A stretch of DNA of 63,788 nucleotides, filler included, from Candidatus Rokuibacteriota bacterium (GCA_031406795.1; 5 parts of 5 records of this genome joined end to end with filler, not necessarily neighbours in it), one strand, 5' to 3'; counted from the whole stretch's first letter, positions 27,104 to 36,756 are shown. Notes: generated by a model not told the origin, from the letters alone. Numbers and translations are program-made.

Positions 27104-28210
27104 TTAGGGCATGATCAACACGTAGTCGGGGTAGATCAGGTGCGGGTTCGCGATGCGCTCCCGGTTGATCTGCCAGATCTCCTCCCAACGGTCGGACGAA
27201 CCGAGTCGGTCGCGCGCGATCGTGCTGAGCGTCTCGCCCGGCCGCACCGTGTAGGTCTTGCGCCCGGCGACCGGCTTGACGACGTCTTCGGACTTGTACT
27301 CGAGGTACCGCCGCACCAGCTCGCCATAGCCGGCGGCGGCCTTGATCCGGGCAATCGCGCCGTTGACCGCGTCGAGCAGGTCGTCGTTGCCGGCGGGCAC
27401 GCCCACCGCGTAGCGGGACTGGTTGAGGTTGAATTGCACGATCTTGGTGCGCGGGTGCAGCTTGATCTCCTCGGCGGCGAACGGGTAGTCGTAGACCAGC
27501 GCGTCCGCCTCGCGGCGCTCGAGCGACTCGAACCAGCCGGAGTCGCCGGAGTAGGCCTTGACCCGGGCGCCCGGGACGTTCTGCTTGACCCAGCGCTCGG
27601 CTGCGGGGTCGTCGTAGATCGCGATCGTCTTCCCGGAGAGCTGCGAGATCTCGGTGACCGCCGAGCTGCGCAGCACGATCAGGCAAAGGCCGAAATCGAG
27701 GTAGCCGTCCGACCACTCGATCCCTTCGAGGGAGGGGTCGGGCACATAGCCGGCCATGATCAGGTCGATCTGCCCGCGCCGCAGCATCTCGGGCAGGTCT
27801 TGATAGGCCCCCTGCACGAAGAGCGGACCCGCAGCGGGCAATCTCAGCTCGGAGGCGAGTTGCCGCGCCAGTTGGTACTCGAAGCCGTCGTCGCCCGACT
27901 GGCTGTTCTTGAAGTACATCGGCGGGGCGTCTTCTTCGAAGCCGATACGCACCGCACCCCGGCTGCGGGCCTCCTGCAGGACGCCGCGACGCAGCGACGG
28001 CCCCCCGGCGGCGCCCGGTGCGGTCGCCGCCGACCCGCCGGCACCACGGCTCGCCGTCTTCGTCGCTACGGACTCAGGCCGGGAGCCGCGCGCGAGCAGC
28101 CCGGCGAGCGGGTTGCCCGGCCAGAGTTTGAGGGCGAGCCCGACACAGCCCGCGATGAAGGCGAAGATCACCAGCTTGCCAAGGAGAGTCAGACGCTTCT
28201 CATCCGCCAT
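27104..28210 (-). CDS. Amino-acid-type substrate-binding domain (SBP_bac_3) fused to C-terminal LysM
   Basis: VRIGFEEDAPPMYF, GFEYQLARQLA, GQIDLIMAG; YTVRPGETLSTIA...WEEIWQIN...NPHLIYP. Confidence 0.88.
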   Translation of the reverse strand: MADEKRLTLLGKLVIFAFIAGCVGLALKLWPGNPLAGLLARGSRPESVATKTASRGAGGSAATAPGAAGGPSLRRGVLQEARSRGAVRIGFEEDAPPMYFKNSQSGDDGFEYQLARQLASELRLPAAGPLFVQGAYQDLPEMLRRGQIDLIMAGYVPDPSLEGIEWSDGYLDFGLCLIVLRSSAVTEISQLSGKTIAIYDDPAAERWVKQNVPGARVKAYSGDSGWFESLERREADALVYDYPFAAEEIKLHPRTKIVQFNLNQSRYAVGVPAGNDDLLDAVNGAIARIKAAAGYGELVRRYLEYKSEDVVKPVAGRKTYTVRPGETLSTIARDRLGSSDRWEEIWQINRERIANPHLIYPDYVLIMP

Positions 28211-28414
28211 GTGCCGCTCCTTATCCGGTTAGCAGAACCAACATCACCGTGCCGGGCACGGTTTTCAGCAGCTTCCGTTCCTCGTTGCGTATGATAACTC
28301 AACCGGAGCATACGGCAAAGTCCGGCGCGCCCTTTCACCCGGCGCCGCCGCCGTGAACGGGCCGGCCGAGAAGTTTCGGTTCCCGCGAAGCGCGCCCGAC
28401 GCTACAATGCGCAG

Positions 28415-28912
28415 ATGAGAAAAGTCGGACAAAGTGGAGCCAGTCTGGCGGCAGCGCTTCTCGCGGCGGCCCTTTGCGCGTTCCCCGTACCGGGTGCCGC
28501 CGCAGCAGAACCGAATGGCCAGCCCCTCGCCGAACGCCGGCCGGTTTGCATCCGCGGCGTCTGTTTCGACGCCGAGATCGCCGTGACCGCCGCGGAGCGC
28601 AGCCGGGGTCTGATGTATCGCGACACGCTGGCGAAGGACCAGGGCATGCTCTTCGTCTTTCCCGAGGAGGGTCGCCACAGCTTCTGGATGAAGAACACCC
28701 GGATCGAACTGGACATCATCTTCATCGCGGCCGACCGCCGGGTGGTCGGGATCTCCCGCCGTGCGCAGCCCTGCCGCAAGGATCCGTGCGAACAGTACAG
28801 CCCCGAAGCGGACTGTGTATACGTGCTGGAGATTGCCGGCGGGCTCGCGGCCGTATATGGCTTCGCCACGGACGATCTCGCGGAATTCCGGGAGGCCGCC
28901 CGGAGTCGGTGA
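28415..28912 (+). CDS. DUF192 family exported protein
   Basis: AEIAVTAAERSRGLMYR, GMLFVF, FWMKNTRIELDIIF, YVLEIAGG. Confidence 0.92.
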   Translation: MRKVGQSGASLAAALLAAALCAFPVPGAAAAEPNGQPLAERRPVCIRGVCFDAEIAVTAAERSRGLMYRDTLAKDQGMLFVFPEEGRHSFWMKNTRIELDIIFIAADRRVVGISRRAQPCRKDPCEQYSPEADCVYVLEIAGGLAAVYGFATDDLAEFREAARSR

Positions 28913-28993
28913 TCGCAGCGTCATTCGCGGCGGCGGAATCCCGCGGCGGCGACCAGCATCCAACCCGCACCATTGAAAGCGGAGGTGTTATTC

Positions 28994-29422
28994 ATGCGCA
29001 AGGCCTTGAAGATCGGTGCAGTGGCGGTTCTGCTCGCGCTCGTCGGCGGCGCCGTCGGTTACGTCATGATCGGCCCTTCGTCGGCGACGTCGGCTGCCGC
29101 GGGGAGTTACCGGACAATTACCCCGCTCGAGGCGAAATCGCTCATCGAGACACGAAAGGACCTGCTGCTGGTGGACGTCCGTTCGCCGGAGGAATTCCAG
29201 GGCGGCACACTGCCGGGCGCCACGCTCATCCCCTTCTGGGATTTCGCCAAAGGCCGCTACGATCTTCCCAAGGACAAGCCGATCCTGCTGATCTGCGCCG
29301 TCGGCGGACGCAGCCTGGCGTGCGGCCAGATACTCGCGGCTCAAGGGTACAAGGAGGTCTACAACCTCAAGGGCGGCCTCGACGCCTGGGTCGAGCAGCG
29401 CGTCCCGCTACCCCGGCGCTAG
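28994..29422 (+). CDS. Rhodanese-like domain protein with N-terminal anchor
   Basis: LVDVRSPEEF..G.LPGA, ICAVGGRS, VYNLKGGLDAW. Confidence 0.92.
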   Translation: MRKALKIGAVAVLLALVGGAVGYVMIGPSSATSAAAGSYRTITPLEAKSLIETRKDLLLVDVRSPEEFQGGTLPGATLIPFWDFAKGRYDLPKDKPILLICAVGGRSLACGQILAAQGYKEVYNLKGGLDAWVEQRVPLPRR

Positions 29423-29436
29423 GCGCCGCGCGGCGG

Positions 29437-29775
29437 CTAGGGCGGCGGGAGCATCGTCTTCAGGGCCGGCAGGGTCACGTCGCGGTGCGAGGCGTGCGCG
29501 ACTGCCTTGCCCCCGACGAGGCAGATGACCTGCGGGGACTCATGCGGTACGCCGGTGCGCTCGGCGACTGCAAGCGAGAGCGGGCGGTTTTCGCGCACGA
29601 GCACCTCGACGCAGCGCGCCTCGCTATTCCCTTCGGCAAATCGCAGGAACTCGGACCGAGCTCCGGCAGAAATGGGTCAGGTCGTCGAGTGCTTGAGCAG
29701 CAGGACCGGCCGCGCGGCGCTTTCGGTCAGACACTGCTCGAAGTCCTGCAGACACAGAATTCTTTCGATACTCAC
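29437..29775 (-). CDS. ytxJ: YtxJ/BrxC-family thioredoxin-fold protein, predicted selenoprotein (UGA at codon 33)
   Basis: GGAGG RBS + GTG; LLKHSTT-UGA-PIS where the family has KHSTTCPIS; the frame continues through V.ENRPLS..VAERTGVPHESPQVI...HASH to TAG. Confidence 0.88.
29646..29664 (-). promoter_or_regulatory. Bacterial SECIS-like hairpin
   Basis: GGAGCTC-GGTCC-GAGTTCC starting 12 nt after the UGA; GGUC apical sequence as in the E. coli fdhF SECIS. Confidence 0.7.
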
Positions 29776-29813
29776 GCGCCTTCCTCCCGGTGGTGGTGGC
29801 TCGCGCCGATCAG

Positions 29814-32438
29814 CTAGATCAGCTTGAGCAGTTCTTCCAGAGCCGCATCCACTTTCCCGACGTCCTTGCCGCCGGCGGTCGCCATCTCGGGCTTGCCGCC
29901 CCCGGACCCGCCGCACACCGCGGCCACCTTCTTCACGAGGTCCCCGGCCCGGTGCGTGCCGACGAGGTCCCGCGTGACGCCGCAGGCGAACGCCACCTTG
30001 CCCTCGGTGACCGACGCCAGCAGCACGACCCCGCTCTGGAGCTTGTCCTTGAAGTGATCGACGGTGGTGCGCAGCGTGTCCATGTCCAGCCCATCCATGC
30101 GCGCCGCCAGCACTTTCACGCCGTTGATCACCTGGGCTCTCTCGGTGGGGTCGCCCCCGGCCCCGCGGGCGAGCCTGGCCTTGAGATCGGCAACCTCTTT
30201 CTCCAGACCCCGGACCTGTTCGGCCAGCCGGTCGGCGCGCCTGGCCGCCTCGCGCGGGCCGACCTTGAGCGCGGCGGCGACCGCGGCCAGATCGCGCTCG
30301 GCTTCGAGCACCGCGCAATAGGCGCCCTCGGCCGTCGCGGCCTCGATGCGGCGCACCCCGGACGCCACGCTGCCCTCGCTGAGGATCTTGAAGAAGCCGA
30401 TCTCGCCGCTGCGCCCGACATGGATGCCGCCGCAAAGTTCGGAGGAGACGCCCGGGATGGTGATGACGCGCACCCGATCGCCGTATTTTTCACCGAAGAT
30501 CGCCATGGCGCCGGAAGCCACCGCCTGTTCGAGCGACTTCTCCTCCTTGTGCACGGTGTGGTCGGCCCAGACCGCGGCGTTGACCTCCTCCTCGACCGTA
30601 GCCAGTTCGGCGGCGGTGACGCCGGAGAAGTGCGTGAAGTCGAAGCGCAGCCGGTCGGCTTCGACATGCGAGCCGGCCTGCTTGACGTGGTCGCCGAGCG
30701 CCTTGCGCAGCGCGGCCTGGAGCAGATGCGTCGCGGTGTGGTTGCGCGCGATGCGGCGGCGCCGGCCCGCGTCGACGGCGGCGGTCACCAGGTCGCCTTG
30801 GGCGAGCACCCCCTCCACGAGCCGGCCGCGGTGCAGGGTGTAGCCCTTCCAGTGCTTCTTCGTATCGGCGACGAGCAGCAGGCCCTTCTCGCTGCGGATT
30901 TCGCCCCGGTCGCCGGCCTGTCCGCCGCTCTCGGCGTAGAACGGCGTGCGCTCGAGCAGCACCTCGATGTCGTCGCCGGCCGCCGCGGCCGCGACCCGCT
31001 CCTCGCCCCGGAAGATCGCGGCGACCCGCGACTCGCCCTCGGTGTGCGTGTAGCCGGCGAAAGCCGTCTCCGGCAGACCGCCGAGCAGCTTCGGCCACGA
31101 GCCGACCGCCGTTTCGCCCGAGCCGACCCACGAAGCGCGAGCGCGTTCGCGCTGCGTGCGCATCGCGGCCTCGAAAGCCGCGTGGTCGAGGCCCAGTCCC
31201 TGCTCCTCGGCAATCTCGCCCGCCAGATCGAGGGGGAACCCGTAGGTGTCGTAGAGCCGGAAGAGGTCCTCGCCGCCGAGGAGCCCGGCGCCGGCGTTCT
31301 TCGCCTTCGCCATGATCTCCTGGAGCAGCCCGAGGCCCAGCTCGAGCGTGTGCGTGAAGCGCTCCTCCTCGACTTTCGTCACGCGCCGCACGAACTCCAG
31401 GTGCGTCGCCAGTTCCGGGTAGGCCCCCTGCATCGCCTCGACGACGACCTCGACGCCCGTGTGCAGGAACGGCTCCGAGAGTCCGAGCATCTTGCCGTGG
31501 CGGGCGGCGCGCCGCATGATCCGGCGCAGCACGTACCCGCGGCCTTCGTTGGACGGCAGCACGCCATCGCCGATCAGAAACGTAGTTGCCCGCAGGTGAT
31601 CGGCGATGACGCGCATCGAGACGTCGCTCTTCGCGTCCGCGCCGTAACTCTTGCGGCAGGCCACGGCGATGAAGCCGAGCAGCGGCGTGAACAGGTCGGA
31701 GTCGTAGTTGCTCTGCCGCCCCTGGACGACGGCGGCCAGGCGCTCGAGCCCCATGCCCGTGTCGATGCTCGGCTTGGGCAGCGGCGTCAGCGTGCCGGCC
31801 GCGTCGCGGTTGAACTGCATGAAGACCAGGTTCCAGATCTCCAGATAGCGGTCGCAGTCGCAGCCGACGGCGCATTCGGGCCGCCCGCAGCCGACCGCAG
31901 GGCCCTGGTCGATCAGGATCTCGCTGCACGGGCCGCAGGGCCCGGTGTCCCCCATCTGCCAGAAGTTGTCCTTCTCGCCGAGCCGGATGACCCGCGCGGG
32001 CGGCAGCCCCGCGATCTTCGGCCAGAGCGCCGCGGCCTCGTCGTCGTCGCGAAAGACGGTGGCCCAGAGGCGGTCCTTGGGCAGGCCCATGCCCTTCGTC
32101 AGGAACTCCCAGGCAAAGGCGATGGCGTCGGCCTTGAAGTAGTCGCCGAAGGAGAAGTTGCCGAGCATCTCGAAGAACGTGTGGTGGCGCGCGGTGCGCC
32201 CGACGTTCTCCAGGTCGTTGTGCTTGCCGCCGGCGCGGACGCACTTCTGCGAGGTCGTCGCGCGGGTATAGGCGCGCCGATCCTCGCCGAGGAAGACGTC
32301 CTTGAACTGGACCATGCCGGCGTTGGTGAACAGCAGCGTCGGGTCCTTGGCGGGAACAAGCGTCGAGGAGCGGATCACCTCGTGCCCGTTCGCCGCGAAG
32401 AATTCCAGGAATTTCGCTCGGATCTCGTTGCCTCTCAC
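29814..32438 (-). CDS. alaS: Alanine--tRNA ligase
   Basis: DPTLLFTNAGM, RHHTFFEMLGNFSFGDYFK, IDTGMGLER, NHTATHLL, ELCGG.H, GGSGGGK. Confidence 0.98.
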   Translation of the reverse strand: MRGNEIRAKFLEFFAANGHEVIRSSTLVPAKDPTLLFTNAGMVQFKDVFLGEDRRAYTRATTSQKCVRAGGKHNDLENVGRTARHHTFFEMLGNFSFGDYFKADAIAFAWEFLTKGMGLPKDRLWATVFRDDDEAAALWPKIAGLPPARVIRLGEKDNFWQMGDTGPCGPCSEILIDQGPAVGCGRPECAVGCDCDRYLEIWNLVFMQFNRDAAGTLTPLPKPSIDTGMGLERLAAVVQGRQSNYDSDLFTPLLGFIAVACRKSYGADAKSDVSMRVIADHLRATTFLIGDGVLPSNEGRGYVLRRIMRRAARHGKMLGLSEPFLHTGVEVVVEAMQGAYPELATHLEFVRRVTKVEEERFTHTLELGLGLLQEIMAKAKNAGAGLLGGEDLFRLYDTYGFPLDLAGEIAEEQGLGLDHAAFEAAMRTQRERARASWVGSGETAVGSWPKLLGGLPETAFAGYTHTEGESRVAAIFRGEERVAAAAAGDDIEVLLERTPFYAESGGQAGDRGEIRSEKGLLLVADTKKHWKGYTLHRGRLVEGVLAQGDLVTAAVDAGRRRRIARNHTATHLLQAALRKALGDHVKQAGSHVEADRLRFDFTHFSGVTAAELATVEEEVNAAVWADHTVHKEEKSLEQAVASGAMAIFGEKYGDRVRVITIPGVSSELCGGIHVGRSGEIGFFKILSEGSVASGVRRIEAATAEGAYCAVLEAERDLAAVAAALKVGPREAARRADRLAEQVRGLEKEVADLKARLARGAGGDPTERAQVINGVKVLAARMDGLDMDTLRTTVDHFKDKLQSGVVLLASVTEGKVAFACGVTRDLVGTHRAGDLVKKVAAVCGGSGGGKPEMATAGGKDVGKVDAALEELLKLI

Positions 32439-32453
32439 GTTTCCTCCTTCGCG

Positions 32454-33719
32454 TCAGCCGCCCTCGGCGTAGGCGGTCGGGGCGAGCGTTTCGATCAGAT
32501 CGGCCGTCGCCACCTCGCGCTGCGTTTTTTCGCTCATGTCCCGCAGCTGGACCACCCCCGCCGCGAGTTCGTTCTCACCGACGATCACCACCTGGCGCGC
32601 CCGCAGCCGGTCCGCGCGCCGCAGCTGGCTCTTGAGACTGCGCCCCTCGTAGTCCCACTCGGCGGCCACCCCGCGCCCGCGCAGCTCGGCGAGCCAGGGC
32701 CAGACCGCGCGCCGCGCCGCGGCCCCGAGCGCCGCCAGAAAGACCGGCCGCGGCGCTTCGTCCACGGCATCGGGCGGCAGCAGCAGCAGCAGCCGCTCGA
32801 CGCCGAGCGCAAAACCCAGCCCGGGGGTCGCCGCGCCACCGAACTCCTCGACGAGCCGGTCGTAGCGCCCGCCCGCGGCCACGGTGTCCTGTGCGCCGAG
32901 GCCGCTCGAGGTCAGCTCGAAGGTCGTCCGGGTGTAATAGTCCAATCCGCGGACCATCGCGGGGTTCACGATGTACGGAACCGCCGCCGCATCGAGCAGG
33001 CCGCAGACCGCGGCGAAGTGCTCCCGGCAGGGCGCGCAGAGGAACTCCCGCCCATCCGGCGCCCCGGCCCGCAGCAACCGGCAGCCCTCGGCCTTGCAGT
33101 CGAGGATGCGCAGCGGGTTGGTCTCCAGGCGGCGGCGGCAGTTCTCGCAGAGCTGGGGGGCGAGGGGGCGGAAGTACTCGATCAGGGCCTGTCGGAAGTC
33201 CGGCCGGCACGCGCCGTCCCCGAGGCTGTTGATCTGCAGCGAGAGCCCCGGAACGCCCAGCGCGCTGATCGTCGCGTGGACCATCTGCAGCAGCTCGGCG
33301 TCCGCCTCGGGACCGCCAACGCCGAAGAGCTCGGCGCCGATCTGGTGGAACTGGCGGAAACGGCCCTTCTGCGGCCGCTCGTAACGGAACATCGGCCCGG
33401 TGTACCAGAGCTTGACCGCCCCGCCCTCGCCGCCGAGATTCTCCTCGAGATAGGCGCGTACGACACCGGCGGTCCCCTCCGGGCGCAGCGTCAGGGAGTT
33501 GCCGCCCTTGTCGGGGAACGTGTACATCTCCTTCTCGACGATGTCGGTTGTGTCCCCCAGACCGCGCGCGAACAGCGCGGTCTCCTCGAAGATCGGCAGG
33601 CGGATCTCGCTGTAGCCGTAGCGGGCGAACGCCTCGCGAAACAGCCGCTCGAGACGCTGCCAGCGCTGCGTCTCGCCGGGGAGGATGTCGCGCGTCCCTT
33701 TGATCGCTTTGTATTTCAC
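32454..33719 (-). CDS. hisS: Histidine--tRNA ligase
   Basis: KGTRDILP, LRPEGTA, FRYERPQKGRFRQFHQ, VRGLDYYTRT, AGGRYD, GFALGVER. Confidence 0.98.
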   Translation of the reverse strand: MKYKAIKGTRDILPGETQRWQRLERLFREAFARYGYSEIRLPIFEETALFARGLGDTTDIVEKEMYTFPDKGGNSLTLRPEGTAGVVRAYLEENLGGEGGAVKLWYTGPMFRYERPQKGRFRQFHQIGAELFGVGGPEADAELLQMVHATISALGVPGLSLQINSLGDGACRPDFRQALIEYFRPLAPQLCENCRRRLETNPLRILDCKAEGCRLLRAGAPDGREFLCAPCREHFAAVCGLLDAAAVPYIVNPAMVRGLDYYTRTTFELTSSGLGAQDTVAAGGRYDRLVEEFGGAATPGLGFALGVERLLLLLPPDAVDEAPRPVFLAALGAAARRAVWPWLAELRGRGVAAEWDYEGRSLKSQLRRADRLRARQVVIVGENELAAGVVQLRDMSEKTQREVATADLIETLAPTAYAEGG

Positions 33720-33748
33720 GGTGCCAACCTCACCTGAAACGGACGCTA

Positions 33749-33847
33749 TTTTTCGTTCTGGCAAGGCGCGCGACGCTGCCGCGACTGAGGCGTACGACTG
33801 TACGCCGCAGGGAGCGGCTAGGAGCGTAACGCCGCCAGAGCGAAAAA
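33749..33847. repeat. Palindromic MITE/REP-like element
   Basis: Ends TTTTTCGTTCTGGC / GCCAGAGCGAAAAA; core TGAGGCGTACGACTGTACGCCGCAG shared with 35505-35597. Confidence 0.7.
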
Positions 33848-33857
33848 GAGCCCCGTT

Positions 33858-34826
33858 TCACAATCCGAGCGTCTCGCGGACGGTGTAGGTCGGGCGTTTC
33901 TGCGACTCGTGGTAGATGCGCGTCTGCAGTTCGGCGAGCAACCCCATCGTCACGAACTGCACGCCGACGATGACCAGAAGCACCGCCAGGAAGAGGATCG
34001 GGCGGTTGGAGAGCGGCACGCCCTGGAACAGCCGCTGGAAGGAGAGCCAGCCGCCGATGACGACGCCGGCCCCCGCGCTCGCCAGGCCGATCAGCCCGAA
34101 GATGTGGATCGGCCGCGTGGAGTACGAGAGGAGGAATTTCACGGTTATGAGGTCGAGCAGCACTTTGACGGTACGGAAGAGACCGTACTTGGACTGCCCC
34201 GTCGTTCGCGGGTGGTGGTTGACGGGGATCTCCGCGACCTCGACGCCCATCCCCGAGGCGATCGCGGGGATGAAGCGGTGCAGCTCGCCGTAGAGGCTGA
34301 CGCTCTTGGCGACCTCGTGACGAAATGCCTTCAGGGTGCAGCCGTAGTCGTGCAGCTTGACCCCGGTGATGAAGGAGATCAGCGAGTTGGCGAGCATCGA
34401 GGGCAGGCGTCGGGTGAGGAAGGTGTCCTGCCGCTTGACCCGCCAGCCGTTGACCAGGTCGTACCCTTCGCCGATTTTCGCGACCAATCGCGGGATGTCC
34501 GCCGGGTCGTTCTGCAGGTCGCCGTCCATGGTGACGACGATCTCGCCGGCGGCGAAATCGAAGCCCGCGGCGAGCGCCGCCGTCTGGCCGAAGTTGCGCC
34601 GAAACCGCACGAGCTTGACGCGCGGTTCCCGCCGGTTGGCCTCGCGCAGGATCTCGACCGTGCGGTCGCGCGACCCGTCGTCGACGAAGATCACCTCCCA
34701 GGTGAGGCTCATCTTCTCGAGGACGGCGACGAGCCGGTTCGCCAGCTCGCCGACCGAGCCTTCCTCGTTGAAGACCGGGATCACCACGGAAATACCGAGA
34801 GACCAGGGCTTGGCGGCGGTTTCCAT
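33858..34826 (-). CDS. GT2 polyprenyl-phosphate glycosyltransferase (ArnC/GtrB-like)
   Basis: SVVIPVFNEE, VDDGSRD, RNFGQTAAL.AG, MDGDLQNDP.DIP, HDYGCTLKA, LYGELHRFIP; two C-terminal TMs. Confidence 0.93.
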   Translation of the reverse strand: METAAKPWSLGISVVIPVFNEEGSVGELANRLVAVLEKMSLTWEVIFVDDGSRDRTVEILREANRREPRVKLVRFRRNFGQTAALAAGFDFAAGEIVVTMDGDLQNDPADIPRLVAKIGEGYDLVNGWRVKRQDTFLTRRLPSMLANSLISFITGVKLHDYGCTLKAFRHEVAKSVSLYGELHRFIPAIASGMGVEVAEIPVNHHPRTTGQSKYGLFRTVKVLLDLITVKFLLSYSTRPIHIFGLIGLASAGAGVVIGGWLSFQRLFQGVPLSNRPILFLAVLLVIVGVQFVTMGLLAELQTRIYHESQKRPTYTVRETLGL

Positions 34827-34858
34827 GGGGCGCATGGTACCCGCAGCAGCCGCGCCGT

Positions 34859-35440
34859 TCAAGTCGGCCGCCTCGCCGGCGTCCGGCGCCCGCGCGGCCG
34901 GGGACCGCCCGCCACGATGGCGCGCGCCGCCGAAAGGAGCGATCCGGCGCTCGGGACGCCGGGCGGTAGCGGTGCGCCGCGCGGCGCGACGAGGACGCCG
35001 CGGATACCGACAGACCTGCCGGCCTCGAGGTCGGTGAGCGAGTCGCCGACGACCCAGGAACGCGCCACGTCGATGGCAAACCGCTCGAGCGCCTGCGACA
35101 GCATCCCCGGCTGCGGCTTGCGGCAGCCGCAGCCCGCGCCCGCGTCGTGGGGACAGTGGAGGATCGCGTCCACACCGGCGCCGGCGCGAACCAATTCGAC
35201 CTGCATCCGCCGGTGGACCTCGGCCAGGTCCGCCTCGGACATCAGCCCCCGGGCGATGCCGCGCTGGTTCGTGATCACCACCAGCAGGTAGCCGGCCTCG
35301 CGCAGCGCGCGCAATCCGGCGCGCGCGCCGGGCAGGAACCGGAACTGATCCCACGAGCGCACGTAGTCCCCGGGCAGACGCCGGTTGATCACCCCATCGC
35401 GGTCAACGAACACCGCCGGTCGTCCAGCAGGCCTCTTCAT
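34859..35440 (-). CDS. gmhB: D-glycero-D-manno-heptose-1,7-bisphosphate phosphatase (HAD IIIA)
   Basis: FVDRDGVIN, ITNQRGIARG, CPH...CGCRKPQPGM, VGDSLTD. Confidence 0.88.
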   Translation of the reverse strand: MKRPAGRPAVFVDRDGVINRRLPGDYVRSWDQFRFLPGARAGLRALREAGYLLVVITNQRGIARGLMSEADLAEVHRRMQVELVRAGAGVDAILHCPHDAGAGCGCRKPQPGMLSQALERFAIDVARSWVVGDSLTDLEAGRSVGIRGVLVAPRGAPLPPGVPSAGSLLSAARAIVAGGPRPRGRRTPARRPT

Positions 35441-35504
35441 GAATTGCCTGTCGGTCCCGGGATGCAACCCGCGCGCCGCAGATCTGCCCGGGTCCAGCGC
35501 CTGC

Positions 35505-35597
35505 GGAGCAGGCCGCTCAAAAGGGTCCAGGTGCAAGGCGGGCGAGTCCTGAGGAATGAGGCGTACGAACAGTACGCCGCAGTGACGAAGGGCGAAG
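35505..35597. repeat. Second MITE/REP-like copy, broken by contig end
   Basis: GCAAGGCG...TGAGGCGTACGAACAGTACGCCGCAG core like 33749-33847; the assembly breaks inside it. Confidence 0.65.
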
Positions 35598-35697
35598 NNN
35601 NNNNNNNNNNNNNNNNNNNNNNNNNNNNNNNNNNNNNNNNNTTAATTAATTAANNNNNNNNNNNNNNNNNNNNNNNNNNNNNNNNNNNNNNNNNNNN
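35598..35697. other. Artificial contig linker
   Basis: N-run + TTAATTAATTAA + N-run. Confidence 0.98.
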
Positions 35698-36510
35698 GAC
35701 GAACTCCGTGCGCAGCTCCTCCAGTTCCTCCAGATTGCTCGCCATGCGGTTGAACTGCACGACGAGCTCATTGATCTCCTGGTCGCCGCTGTGCGGGATT
35801 GGTTGGCTGAAGTCGCCGATCCCCACGCGGCGCATCGCTCCACCGAGGCGCCGGATCAGCGAGCGCGCGGAAGTTGCCAGCGAGACCGTGAAGCAGAGGC
35901 TGATGACGAACGTCGTTCCCGCCAGTGCCAGCAATACGGCCCCGGCGCGGTTCTTCTCCCGCTGGATGTCAGCCATCACGAGACCGATGTTCCGGTCCCA
36001 ATTCTGTTCCATCTCCAGGAAGCCCCCGTTGATCCGTTCCTCGAAGTCACGTACAAGCCGGCGCGCAGCCGCGCGATCCGCCCCCGGGGTGAGAGCGACC
36101 ATCGTCTGCGTGTGCGCGAGGCGCTGTTCGTATCCTTGCAGCTCCTGCTTGAAACGTGTGAAATGGTCGAGCCGGCTCTTTGGGAAGGACGAAAGCCGAC
36201 TAAGATCCCGAGCCAGGCTCTGGTCGATCTGGAGGATCTCGGCCATCAGCGCCGACGTCTTGAGAGCCTGAGTTCGCGCCCGGTCCGTCAAAGCTGGATC
36301 GGGGCGCTCCAGGCTATCTTTCACCGCCTGAAGCTCGAGGATCATTGAAGTGTGGAGGGCTTGCTCGCGGCCACGGAGGTCATTAAGCAGGAACACGAGG
36401 TGATTGCTGCGCCCATACTGGCGGAAAGTGGCGAAAAACAATACGGTCATCACCAGCGAAAGCGCTGCGACTAAACCGAAACCGAACGTGAGTTTGTGAG
36501 TAAATCTCAT
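35698..36510 (-). CDS. HAMP-domain sensor histidine kinase, N-terminal part (cut by gap)
   Basis: TM-periplasmic helical bundle-TM-HAMP (GDFSQPI...DQEINELVVQFNRMA), then LRTEFV leading into HisKA. Confidence 0.85.
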
Positions 36511-36621
36511 ATGCCGTACCTCTCTTGCCTACATTCAGACGCTGGGCCTGTCAAAAAGTTCCACGTCGTTCGACCTGAACAAGGTCCCGGAGCAGCGGCC
36601 CCGCGGCGTAAGTTGCCGATC

Positions 36622-36650
36622 TTGACGTCGCAGGTGACTCCTGATACGGT
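36622..36650 (+). promoter_or_regulatory. Sigma70 promoter of the riboswitch/UPF0182 transcript
   Basis: TTGACG-17 nt-TACGGT with TGn extension, ending 6 nt before the aptamer. Confidence 0.6.
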
Positions 36651-36656
36651 GCCGGA

Positions 36657-36756
36657 CAGCATTGGGGAGTAGCTGAGCCGGCCACCATCGTCAGCACGGC
36701 CCGTAAGGGCCCGGTGGCGCCGGATTCGGGAGACCGAACAGGCGAGACCTTTGTTG
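36657..36756 (+). ncRNA. yybP-ykoY (Mn2+-sensing) riboswitch aptamer
   Basis: Hallmark segments GGGGAGTAGC ... CGTCAGCACGG ... CCGG ... GGCGAGACCT. Confidence 0.85.

Noticed and set aside
30405-30445. AlaS editing motif reads CGGIH rather than the usual CGGTH
   Set aside because: The metal ligands (HxxxH, CxxxH) are intact; a single substitution is not evidence of altered function.
29790-33737. 1315-aa plus-strand ORF
   Set aside because: Antisense shadow of alaS/hisS caused by high-GC codon bias; no recognisable motifs.
5022-35697. Four identical TTAATTAATTAA motifs in N-runs, and ORFs that run into them
   Set aside because: Artificial contig linkers; neither a biological repeat nor evidence of gene adjacency.
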